Made by a program: the position numbers and the translations under genes
The notes under the pieces: generated by a model
Database searches by the model: none
The model's input: only the letters and a program-made list of their open reading frames with translations
What the model was told of the DNA's origin: nothing
DNA from: Eledone cirrhosa
Taxonomy: Eukaryota
Direction of reading: 5' to 3'
DNA: 64,000 nt
Assembly: GCA_964016885.1 (NCBI GenBank)
Contig: OZ024740.1
Span: forward strand, 359,600,001 to 359,664,000
In this document: positions 14,236-25,279 of the stretch, piece after piece
Layout of the letters: each line of letters begins with the position of its first letter
How positions within the stretch are numbered: the stretch's first letter is position 1

Positions 14236-14495
14236 CTGAAAATTAAAATGAAAATAGAATAAAATAAACTGAAACTGCGTTAACTCACAAGAGATAACTG
14301 AAATTAAAATAGATATATTTTAGTGAAAAATACATTATTTACTGATTACTAAAAATTAAAAGTTGATTTTCACATTGTTGTCTCTCCGTTATCTGTAGTC
14401 ATCGATTTATGAAAATAATACATTGAAAATAGCAATATATAAATATCGTAAAAACGTTAGAGTAGATCGTGTAAGTAAATTTGTTTTACACGTAC

Positions 14496-14621
14496 TGGTT
14501 CGGCGATAAGAAAATCTCCATCATTAGTAACTTTTGTACTCGAATAATCGTATACTGCTTCGATAAATTCATTGGTATACTTGACATTGGGAGATTGAAC
14601 TTTCATTAGCTTTCCAGACAT
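14496..14621 (-). CDS. ISYNA1: Inositol-3-phosphate synthase 1, coding exon 1
   Basis: MSGKLMKVQSPNVKYTNEFIEAVYDYSSTKV...IAEP (42 codons) matches the MIPS N-terminus; phase-0 donor GTACGT joins exon 2 in frame. Confidence 0.88.
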
Positions 14622-14942
14622 GATGAGATTGGTGATCGTTTGACAACTGATAACACGGCTGAGGAAGTTGAATTGACTTCGGTGCTTTGAATTCTTCAGC
14701 AGCAAATATATAATGGTACTTCGATAATTTATGTATTTATATATTTTTTATTTACTTATTTATAGACAGAATGGAATTTTCTAAATTTATATATCATTAA
14801 TTGGAGCTTAAAAAAAAACCCGTTGAAGGGGGACATAATGATAGATGTAAAGAAGGAAAGGCAGGTAGTTGTGCCATCCCTCCTCTATATTTATTATGCA
14901 TAACGCACTTAGGTAATTTTCCATCCATCATCCGTATTGTTA

Positions 14943-14982
<40 letters not shown>

Positions 14983-15899
14983 GAAAGGTATAGAAAACAT
15001 TGTAGCAAAAAGCCAACAGTATTATAAGTGACTATAGCGTCAAAATGGGGAAAATAGTTAACTTAAGATGTGGGAAAAATAATTCAAACTCATCTCAAAG
15101 AGAATCAGGATATAGATTCATCCACAGAATTTAGTGAAATCCAGGGATTGTATATGTATATATATATATATATATACATAGTATCTGCTATACTGCGGCT
15201 ACAACTCCGATTGTTATTTATTTGTGCCAAAAGTAGAAACAATTATATATAGTGTTTTATCATAATATATTTTTCTCTATTTTACTTATTATTATTTTAA
15301 TGAATAAAGAAATCATTATTTAATAAAATAAACAATGTCTAACAAGTGACTAGAACAATTACTTCGTGGAAGAGTCATTTTAACCTTTTAAAAACACAAA
15401 TGCTTTTAATTTTACTTTAGTTTTTAGTATTTAGGCATACTACATCTTGGTCCAATCTGTCCTTCCTTCTTCAATCGGCTGTTATTTCTTGCATATCAAA
15501 GAAGGGAGTCTGTGTGATCACTCGGCCTGCTAGAAAAAATAGGCAAATATCCCTAAAATCGTATACTTTTTTTTTAAATAGAAGACATAATAGAGTGCAA
15601 CTACCGATACTGACTTTGTTTCTTCATAAATTTCTTAATAATGAATATTTTTAATGAAATTTTCGAAGGAATAGATTAATATTCTGTTGATTAAATCTAA
15701 AAGAAAAATGATGTATTTCTTTCTTTTTTTTTTTCCGCAATTCAAAAACGTAGAAATGACTTCGCGCACTTCTAGAAAACCTGATTATCCTGATTTATAT
15801 TATTCATTAGCTACATGTAATTGGAAGGCAGGGTGAAATAATTAGCCTACTACAAACTCTAATCGAAAATATTAAACTATACAATATAGTAACAATATA

Positions 15900-15999
15900 C
15901 AGGGTGTCCTCCCAAAATGTATACACACTTTGATTACCTGTCCAGGCAATATTTATATGAATGCTGTTGAAGTGTGTATACATTTTGGGGGACACCTTG
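15900..15999. mobile_element. 100-bp Tc1/mariner-type MITE
   Basis: TIRs CAGGGTGTCCTCCCAAAATGTATACACACTT and AAGTGTGTATACATTTTGGGGGACACCTTG, with TA on both flanks. Confidence 0.85.
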
Positions 16000-16931
16000 T
16001 ATATTTAAATATTTTGGGGGGGAGGTTGGTTATTTTTATTGCTTCATCATAACTGTAATTTACCTCATGGAAAGGTGCATTTACAATATTTCAGTTAAAT
16101 ATGAATTATTAAGCAAGTTATGAGGTAACTAAGTCGGAGATGGGGGTAGCAGTAAACTAGTTAGGCCACCAAGGCGTTATGGTTATGACTAGAATAGTTT
16201 TTAAAGTAAAGTTAGAATTCAATGAGATTTGCCTGCTATTTCTAGCAGATAAAGCGACCACATAAAAGCTCATATTCAGTTTCAATAGGAAGTGGCGTGT
16301 TTGTTTGACACGTTGCTTAGTAAAGAAAGGTTTAATTGTTTCATTGCTTGCGGCTTTTCTTGTTTTTGTAATTTTATAAGGATATTTTAAATGTATTATT
16401 TTAATAAATTAAAGCAAATAAATATTGTATATTTAAACATAAATTATAGCATTTATTTTGACGTTAAAGGGTTAAAATATAAACGATGTTCACATATTTC
16501 ACTTGTAAAAACTCCGTGTAACATATAAAACAGATTTCTATTTTATCTTATCAAGAAAGAAAAAATAGGGCGATATCCAATTTTAACGGCCTAAATGCCG
16601 CTTACTTGCTGTAGTTGCTGCTTACTTCAATGTATGAGGCTATTCCAACAAATTTACATTCCCCTTTTTTTAGCCGTTAAAAGAAATATAGATTTATTTA
16701 TTGTTGTTTTTTTTTGCGATTTATTTGCCACTGGGGCATAGATTTCTTTATTTGCCCCTTTTTTTTTTTTTTTTTTTTTTTTGCGATTTATTAGCCTTTT
16801 GGGGTCACACACACCCCCGTAGAAAGTGTGCGACCTTTCTGCCAGGGAGCACAGAGAGAGGGGGTGTTCCCTTCTCTTACCTGTACAAGCCGATATAGAG
16901 AGATGGCCCACTTACACGGGCCATTATTGCT

Positions 16932-17120
16932 GGATTGGCAGTATCGGTAGAGGGTCGGACGCCATGCTTTGACGCATAGAGTTACGGCCCTTTCCATTCT
17001 GAGTTCAAATCCCGCCGAAGTTAACTTTGCCTTTCATCCTTTCGGGGTCGATAAAATAAAGTACCAGTCATGTACTGGGTAATTGCTGGCCTTGTGCCAA
17101 AAGTAGAAACAATTATTGCT
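16932..17120 (+). mobile_element. tRNA-derived SINE inserted in the left foldback arm
   Basis: Full SINE flanked by ATTATTGCT (16923-16931 and 17112-17120); the right arm has the empty site. Confidence 0.9.
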
Positions 17121-17399
17121 ACTTTCACCCATCTTTCATGGAATTGGCTGGGACTGAGTGCCTTTTTCTCCACCTTGATCCTTCTTTCGAAGTGGTATCG
17201 GAAGAAGAGGACCATTTGTTGGCCGGCGACATATCCCCACAGTTTCCTCGTTGCAAACGCATCTGGGACATTTCTTTTCCAAGGGGTTTCCGTCCCGGAA
17301 TTCGTGTCTGTAGAGCCTTTCCCGAACGGGCAGGGCCCCTCGGTATAATAGTAAGTATTAGTGGTTGTAATAAAAATGCAATCAAAATGTAATAAATAC

Positions 17400-17535
17400 C
17401 TTCACTGATTTCTTTCCTTATATTATCAACAGAAGTTGGTATGTCACCCAAAGTTCGCTTTGTATGTTCCCGAATAGCAGTGAATTTTGATAAAACTGTT
17501 TCTAATTCCTTCTCCACAGTAAGACAAATATCCAT
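17400..17535 (-). pseudogene. RMND5: Captured first coding exon of RMND5/GID2 E3 ligase (left-arm copy)
   Basis: MDICLTVEKELETVLSKFTAIREHTKRTLGDIPTSVDNIRKEISE resembles the RMND5A N-terminus as I recall it (MDQCVTVERELEKVLHKF); followed by a phase-1 GTATTT donor and AT-rich intron; no downstream exons. Confidence 0.75.
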
Positions 17536-17708
17536 GTGTAGTCCAAAAAGATATAAATCTTTTAAAAAATTATAATAATTCTTTATTATTATTTTCTTTT
17601 TCTGTAAATAATTATTTTTCTATATATCTCAAACCCTGCCAAACACCACATCTGTCCATCTGTAAATTTAAATGACTGTTCTTTCATACTTATCCTCTTC
17701 AACTACAC

Positions 17709-17844
17709 ATGGATATTTGTCTTACTGTGGAGAAGGAATTAGAAACAGTTTTATCAAAATTCACTGTTATTCGGGAACATACAAAGCGAACTTTGGGTGA
17801 TATACCAACTTCTGTTGATAATATAAGGAAAGAAATCAGTGAAG
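17709..17844 (+). pseudogene. RMND5: Captured first coding exon of RMND5/GID2 E3 ligase (right-arm copy)
   Basis: Mirror of 17400-17535 with one amino-acid change (A20V) and one synonymous change; same GT donor at 17845. Confidence 0.75.
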
Positions 17845-17899
17845 GTATTTATTACATTTTGATTGCATTTTTATTACAACCACTAATACTTACTATTAT

Positions 17900-18260
17900 A
17901 CCGAGGGGCCCTGCCCGTTCGGGAAAGGCTCTACAGACACGGATTCCGGGACGGAAACCTCTTGGAAAAGAAATGTCCCAGATGCGTTTGCAACGAGGAA
18001 ACTGTGGGGATATGTCGCCGGCCAACAAATGGTCCTCTTCTTCCGATACCACTTCGAAAGAAGGATCAAGGTGGAGAAAAAGGCACTCAGTCCCAGCCAA
18101 TTCCATGAAAGATGGGTGAAAGTAGCAATAATGGCCCGTGTAAGTGGGCCATCTCTCTATATCGGCTTGTACAGGTAAGAGAAGGGAACACCCCCTCTCT
18201 CTGTGCTCCCTGGCAGAAAGGTCGCACACTTTCTACGGGGGTGTGTGTGACCCCAAAAGG
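17900..18260 (+). mobile_element. Tx1/L1-type LINE 3' fragment inside the foldback arm (mirrored in the left arm)
   Basis: RGALPVRERLYRHG...KKCPRC...EET and FFRYHFERRIKVEKKALSPSQFHERWVKVA resemble the zf-RVT C-terminus also seen at 30990-31100. Confidence 0.7.
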
Positions 18261-18667
18261 CTAATAAATCGCAAAAAAAAAACAAACAAACAAAAAAGGG
18301 GCAAATAAAGAAATCTATGCCCCAGTGGCAAATAAATCGCAAAAAAAAAACAATAAATAAATCTATATTTCTTTTAACGGCTAAAAAAAGGGGAATGTAA
18401 ATTTGTTGGAATAGCCTCATACATTGAAGTAAGCAGCAACTGCAGCAAGTAAGCGGCATTTAGGCCGCTAAAATTGGATATCGCCAAAAATAGATTATAT
18501 GCCACAACAAGAGGTGCTGGAATTGTCCTCTTATAGATGTTTGAGGCAAGTCAACACACACGCAACATTGCCGCGGATGATAGTGAGTCTAAAACGTTGG
18601 AATAACTAAGCACCTTCGGTAATGTGAGCCGTCAACTATTACAAGAACATTATTGATATGGCCCTTG

Positions 18668-18990
18668 GATTGGCAGTATCGGTAGAGGGTCGGACGCCAT
18701 GTTTCCAGCATAGTTACGTCCCTTTAAGATCTGAGTTCAAATCCCGCCGAGGTTGACTTTGCCTTTCATCCTTACGGGGTCGATAAAATAAAGTACCAGT
18801 AATGCACTGGAATAATTGCTGGCCTTGTGCCTAAAGTAGAAACAATTATTGATATGGCCCTTTACGTTCTGAGTTCAAATCCCGCCGAAGTTAACTTTGC
18901 CTTTCATCCTTACGGGGTCGATAAAATAAAGTACCAGTAATGCTCTGAGATAATTGCTGGCCTTGTGCCAAAAGTAGAAACAATTATTGA
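18668..18990 (+). mobile_element. Nested pair of tRNA-derived SINEs
   Basis: A full copy flanked by duplicated ATTATTGATATGGCCCTT is followed by a 5'-truncated copy. Confidence 0.85.
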
Positions 18991-19315
18991 TAATGACCCA
19001 GCTCGTCCGAACGGCTCCAGGTGGGGGTAGAGTCACAAGTTGATAACAAATCGTTTGCTGATAATTCCTTGTTTTAAATTTTAATTCCGTTCGGCTAAGG
19101 ATGCGGTGACTGTCGCCTTCGCCGTAACATCCAAAATTTTATTCATAGCTGTAGAAAAATATAATGATATAATGCTTACAGAACGAAAACACAAGCATAA
19201 ATGAAATATACAAATAAAAACGCATAAAAGAGAGATTACAAAAAAAGCATAAAAAAGAAAGGGGAGGCAATTCACCACGAAGTGCGACAATCGGCCGCAC
19301 ATCACATCTTAGGGG

Positions 19316-19950
19316 TTAACTAAATAATTTGAGGCAAGCCAATACGCTCGCAGCATTGCCACGAGTGTTGGCAAGGCTAAGGCGCTGAAACATCCAGGCA
19401 CCCTCATGGGCATCACCTGACACCTCAGTAAGGCGAACCGCCAACGATGACAAGAACTTCGCTATCAGCGGCCCAACTCCACCAAACGCCACAGGCAGGA
19501 AAAAACAATTACTGAATAAATCTAGGTATTTCCGAATTTTATTCCGTTTTGGCAACGGAAGCTGTGACCCCCACATTTACCGCGGCGTCCATGATGTGGG
19601 AATGAGCAGAAGAGTCACTGACTGTAGCGTCCCAGATGAGACACTTATTCTTACCCCGGGATAAGGGTAAAGCCGTCTGGTCTCTTCCCATCACTTCTGG
19701 ATAAACCAGCCAGCTCCAGAACTAAAGGGATATTTACCCGAGTCAGGGCCCGTTTGAGGATCAGGTTTAACTCGGTGTGGCGGGCGGCAAGACAAACCAT
19801 GTGGATCTATGGATTCAAGGGACCTACCCAGACCCCCACAGACGTCGGCTCCCGTCGAAGTGCAATGGAGATGCGGATCTCGTCCTGACTGAAAAGGCCC
19901 CCCAATGCTGGCTACAGGCAGGGCATCAATCCAGTCCCCCAAGAACAACC
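19316..19950 (-). mobile_element. CRE-clade non-LTR retrotransposon relic (RLE endonuclease end)
   Basis: PVAF.GGVGP...FLSSLAVRLTEVSGDAHEGAWMFQRLSLANTRGNAASVL matches the C-terminal signature of CRE-like elements; GDWIDALPVASIG lies upstream. Confidence 0.75.
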
Positions 19951-20598
19951 TATTGTTATCAGCAAAGAAATTACTCGTTTAATGAGCAAATTTTTAGGGG
20001 GAAATGGAAGGTATGGGTGCTATATGGATGGACCATGAAACGCAATACAACACTAAGCCAACTTATAATGTAAAACTAATGAACATGGTCGGCACTTACA
20101 AGAAGGAAATAATTCAGAAGCATTCAAAACAAGCAAAGGGTTGGTTTTAAAGATTCAACATTATGTCTAGTGAAGCTGAAACAGTAGATACACAGGCAGT
20201 CGAACATTTCCCCCACCTTATTAAGAGTATCTTCGAGCTTAGCACCTAGCCTCCCAATTTGTAATCAAAGCATCTTGCACTTTCAACTCTAAAAGAAGAA
20301 AAATTCTTTCTTGTTTCGGTATGGAAACAAACCATTTACACTACTACTTAACGATAATGTTTCAAGAACCTTTATCAATCAAAAACACTATGACCAATGA
20401 AGGCAATATCATAGATATATTTTTAACGAAGGGTATTAGTAATTAAGAAATCGTTAAATGGATTAACATGATTGTTAGATGAAATAACAAGAATAAATGA
20501 TTTAGTTTATATATTAAGGTTTACTTCACTTGAGTCAAAATATAGAAGAATAAACATGAGTCAAAAGGAACAATAATCAAGTTACCACGAGTTGCGAA

Positions 20599-21145
20599 TG
20601 TTGACAATGTTATTTTGTTGTTGATGTGAAAACAGCGAGCGACCAGATAAAGTTTGTTGGGCGTCGCAGTCCGTGGTAGTAGTTCTCGTCGTGAGTTTGG
20701 TTTAGTCTGAGACCAAGAGAGAGAGAGAGGTAGTAATGGTCTGTAATTGACTGTAGACCACTGGGGCCTGAAGGTAGCAGTGAATATTTACATAGCTTGT
20801 TGTAGGCGTAATGCTCCGATCTCTCTGTTTAAACGTGGGATGATACAGGCTTTATATACCTGTCGCTTTCTGTCCCCCACCTTGAGGGGATAGCCCACGC
20901 ATGAACCTGTTCACACCAAAAGAGTGGTGACCTAGAGTTTGACCTTTAGGTGTCATCCAAGGTTCAAGGTGTGGACAGATTTGCCTGTGATTTGAAAATC
21001 AAACAAGAAGGCTAGTGTAACAATTAAGATTTTCACACAGTTATGTACTTTTCATACCTTTGTCCATTATTGAGGCAATATTGCCGGCATTTATTTCGTC
21101 GTTGACATCTTGTTGGGGCCTTCTCGACAAGGTTCTCCACAACAC
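20599..21145 (-). mobile_element. Possible LTR-like relic
   Basis: Non-coding, GC-richer block with TGTTG...CAACA candidate ends and a minus-strand TATATAAAG; no TSD or PBS found. Confidence 0.3.
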
Positions 21146-21589
21146 ATCAGAGCCTAATGCGATTAGAAGACTCGAGATGGCCTACGTGACTTGGAGCAGA
21201 CTTGGCCTCCATACTGTGGCCATCCGATCACCCCGACGAAAATGTGACGCAATCCAGTGCGATAAAGCTTCGGACAGCTTTGTGTTTCTGCTTGACCAAG
21301 ACCATCTGGCATGTTTCTGTTCCACCTAACCCTATAGCGATGCATGGGTAAGCACCGTAGCCACGCTGTCAACTGGTACTCAGCTGGACTGCAGCTATTT
21401 ACGCATTGGTGTTAGTTTGAGGCTCGATCTGCGAGCAACACAAATACCGCTTCGGATTCATGGTAGAAGCAACAGTAACAGTACCAACCTCATCCGTCTC
21501 TGAAACACCGCAAAATCATGGGCAAAGCTACGTCCACCTGACAGAATCGTTGAAAAACATTCTATACATTATCACTGAAAATTAATGGT

Positions 21590-21785
21590 TTTTGATTTAG
21601 GCACAAGGCCAACAATTTTTGGAGAAGAGTGTGTCGATGAAATTGATCCCCAGTGCATTACTGTTACTTTATTTTATCGACCCCGTAGGGATGAAAAGCA
21701 AAGCTAACCTCGGCGAGATTTGAACTCATAACTCTGTGCCACAAAGCATATTGTCAGACGCTCTACCGATACTGCCAATCAACAC
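21590..21785 (-). mobile_element. tRNA-derived SINE
   Basis: Same family body and boxes as 10070-10255. Confidence 0.8.
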
Positions 21786-23014
21786 CACTGAAAATTAATA
21801 CCAGTGAAACATGGACAATGACAATAAGAACGAGGCTGAAAATAGTTCACGAACGATATCTGCTAAAGGATTATGCAGATATGACAAATGATAAAATCTT
21901 ACATACCCGTAGATAAATATTACTGCAAAACTGTGACAGAAGGCTGCTGATTTGAACTCAGAATGCAAAGAGACGTAGCTAAATGCTTACAAGGCACTTT
22001 GTCACTACCAATTCTGTCATCCCCAATATTATACTATAATTAGCTTAAAAATAGGTTATCTATATCTTTTAAGGAAAAGTGTGCAGCACTTAACGATAAG
22101 TAACACCAACAAGCATTAGATAATAATCATTTAACACGAGCTTTTTTTTAAATTTACTACACAACCCAGGCACTTTCAAGGGTCATTTAAAAAATGAAAA
22201 TCCAAATCACGCGCAAGTATCATGAATGTAAATGGTACTTCAGTGTGATGATGAGAGTAGTAGTAAAGGTTGAATTCAGATAACAAACTCGCATTAGTAC
22301 CAATATCAATTTGGAGTCCATAATGTATTTACAGATAGTGAATCGCTCATGAATGAAAAAAAAAGCGGAGAGAGTGGCGAAGCGGAGTTCTACAGAAGTG
22401 AATGGAGATGATTGACTAGTGTATATACATATGTAACAATTCTTTTCTTTCATTTTTAAAGTTTCCTTTATACATTAAAAAATGTAATTGAAAGTTCTGT
22501 ATCATTTATATTAGCTTTGTAAATTTTTGACACAAGTATTGTCAGGAGAATAAAAAAAATATCAGAACACTTCTTTGCAACTTCAAATATGTTTATTCAA
22601 CCACCAACGTCAGAGTCGACAATGACAAAAAAGACACAGATGTCAAAAATAATTATTCAGCATTTGTGCCTAGCTTTCATCACTTGACAGGTTCTCACAA
22701 AAAAACAACAACTTTATTTTAAGTTTCTCTCATTTATTCGTAGTTTAATTTCAATTTGCAGACTGTTAGTAACAAGTTTGATTCTGACAAGTGTCAAACT
22801 GATCTTGCATTTTTTCAGATTTTCTATAATCATTTCAATATCAACATTAGCATCTCTTGCCTGTAATACCGCTTTAGCAAGATAGCTTTGGCTGTCTTCT
22901 GTAATGGTAGCGGAGATTATATCCTTAAAGAAGATAGAGATGTAAGACTGCGTGTTTATGTTTAGTCCTGGTGGAAAGATCAGAAGGCATATTTCAAAAC
23001 ATAATAAAGATGTA

Positions 23015-23183
23015 TTTTTGCTTGACGTGAACGCATGTACAAAGGGTGTGAAGTGGTACAGAGATTTTGTGTAACAAAGCTGACATGTAATGGAAAATCA
23101 TTTTTGCTTGACGTGAACGCATGTACAAAGGGTGTGAAGTGGTACAGAGATTTTGTGTAACAAAGCTGACATGTAATGGAAAA
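23015..23183. repeat. Perfect tandem duplication, period 86 bp
   Basis: TTTTTGCTTGACGTGAACGCATGTAC...ACATGTAATGGAAAA at 23015 and 23101. Confidence 0.92.
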
Positions 23184-23896
23184 CCTCTTAAAGGCAAATA
23201 CTTTGGAACCAAGTTGTCGGTCACAGTAAATCTCCTAAAAGCCGTATAATGAAACTACTCTCATTGTTAGCGAGCAAAGTCACAGGAGTAGGGAAGCCAT
23301 TGCGAGCTACTAGTCGACGTCACCAAAACGCAACTGCTAGATAGTTTTGAAAGATGGTGCATCGACCGGGAAAAGCCATTTGTGAGCTGCTGGTGTCGAC
23401 AAAATGCAAAGCGCAACTGCTAGCTAGAACTGAAAAAAGGCGCGAAGCAACTGCTGGGTGGAAGTCGTTTTTTGTATTCATACGCCACCAACCCTAAGGG
23501 CCGGGAAGTGACAAAGCACGACCAAATTACTCTGCAGCGATAAAATAGTGCCATTGCTTGTTACATCACGTTAGTATTGGGAGCAATAATATTGAACCAT
23601 ATTAACTCGTTTTTTCCCTAATGAGTTGATGTGGTAAACAATATATGATTTGATTCCTAAGATTGGAAAAACTTGATGCTCATTATCACCTGAAAATGTT
23701 TTGGTCAAAGATTTATGTCCTTTCCATACACTTTTTCCGTTTTTCTTTCACTTTTTTAAATATCAAATATCAAATCCATCCCATGTGTGTTCCTATAGAG
23801 CTCAGGTTTAAGATAATGTTATGATGTTCATCTTCTGGTGTGATTTATTTGGTCCCTGTTGATCGACTATGATCATCAGTTTCACTGACATTTATA

Positions 23897-24063
23897 ATAA
23901 TTGTTTCTACTTTTGGCACAGGGCCAGCAATTACACAGTACATTACTGGTACTTTATTTTATCGACCCCATAAGGATGAAAGGTAAAGTTAACCTCGGCG
24001 GGATTTGAACTCAGAATGGCGAGGGCCGTAATTCTATGCGTCAAAGCATGGTGTCCGACCCTC
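23897..24063 (-). mobile_element. tRNA-derived SINE
   Basis: Same family as 10070-10255. Confidence 0.85.
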
Positions 24064-25279
24064 TTGAAAATACTTTACACGCGCTTGGAGGTTTTATCTA
24101 ATTTCTATTGTGTAGGAATACAACACACCTTCATCTCACTTTTGGTTCGGCTCGCTAATTGTTAATACGTATAAATATTCTTTTTCTATAATATAAAGTA
24201 ATATTGTCAGGTCGCTTTCAAAAGCTACTGATAACATGTAACCCAGTACAACCTGTAACACGGCAAACCTACCAAACTTATTTGGGGAGAAGGGTGATTT
24301 TTTGGACATTCCGCGGGATGAAAAAGAAAACTTCCGAAAGGAAGTCAACGGCCATCTAATAATGTTTTTAAAAAAACAGTATACACAACTAGTTATCCTC
24401 GGTTGGCAGTTTGTCTTGGAGAAGGATAACCTTGATTTCAAAACCGGGGTAGATATAACTCTTTAGTCATCTTGGTGATGAAGACAAATGAGCAACAGCT
24501 CAGTACCCAGCTTCAGAGTAATGATCGGACGAGGATTCAGAACCCACCGACGTCTCTTTTTGCCCAGTTAGACATTTTCATACAGCAGCATCATATATAT
24601 GTGCATTGGTACAATTGTCCATGGTTCCCAGCCCTTAGCAATGAGGAAGGGAAGAGATCAGACAAAGGAATTAATAAAACACTTGTTACATACAACTGTT
24701 TTGATTATCATTACATCACAAAACGCGGTGACAGCAAAGAAGACGTTAATTTAAGAACGTCAGAAAATTTAATTCCAATCAAAACAACAAAACGATAAAA
24801 ATATATTCATTTCAAAACAAAATTAACGGGGGAAAAGAAACGAAAGTCCTGCATTCGTCAAACAACTACAATAAAAGAAAATGGACATTTATTTCAATCA
24901 AAACAAGCTATCCAGGTAAACAGGAAATAAACATTTATTTACAATTTAATGTGCAGACACAAATGCATGATTGAAAACCGAAAACAATTGGAAATTTACC
25001 CAATATGCATTAAAACATTTTTATTGTTTCCTTTGTTTGTCGCTTTGAACTTTAAGTGACCTAGCAGTTTCCTTTGTCTGTTTATTAAACTACTACGTCA
25101 CTCTCCCTCATTGACATACATATAAAGTGTGCATATGTACAAAGTATTAATTATGGCGCACAAGAAATTTTGTCCAACGATAGATTAGTCAGTACCCAAT
25201 CAAGTTCATACATTCAAACTCTTCAAACAGTGAACGGAGTAGTATTTTATTGTTAATAATTTTTTTTTTTTTCCAACAA

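Larger units (their letters stand above)
16569..18485. mobile_element. Foldback DNA element (Merlin- or MULE-like termini) with ~785-bp inverted arms carrying an RMND5 exon
   Basis: Arms 16569-17542 and 17702-18485 are near-identical reverse complements around a 159-bp spacer; termini GGCGATATCC...GGATATCGCC; AAAAATAG is duplicated at 16561-16568 and 18486-18493. Confidence 0.88.

Noticed and set aside
17125-18119. Two 136-aa ORFs as real divergent genes
   Set aside because: Similarity to RMND5 stops at the GT donor after codon 45; the rest reads through intron and out-of-frame Tx1 sequence.
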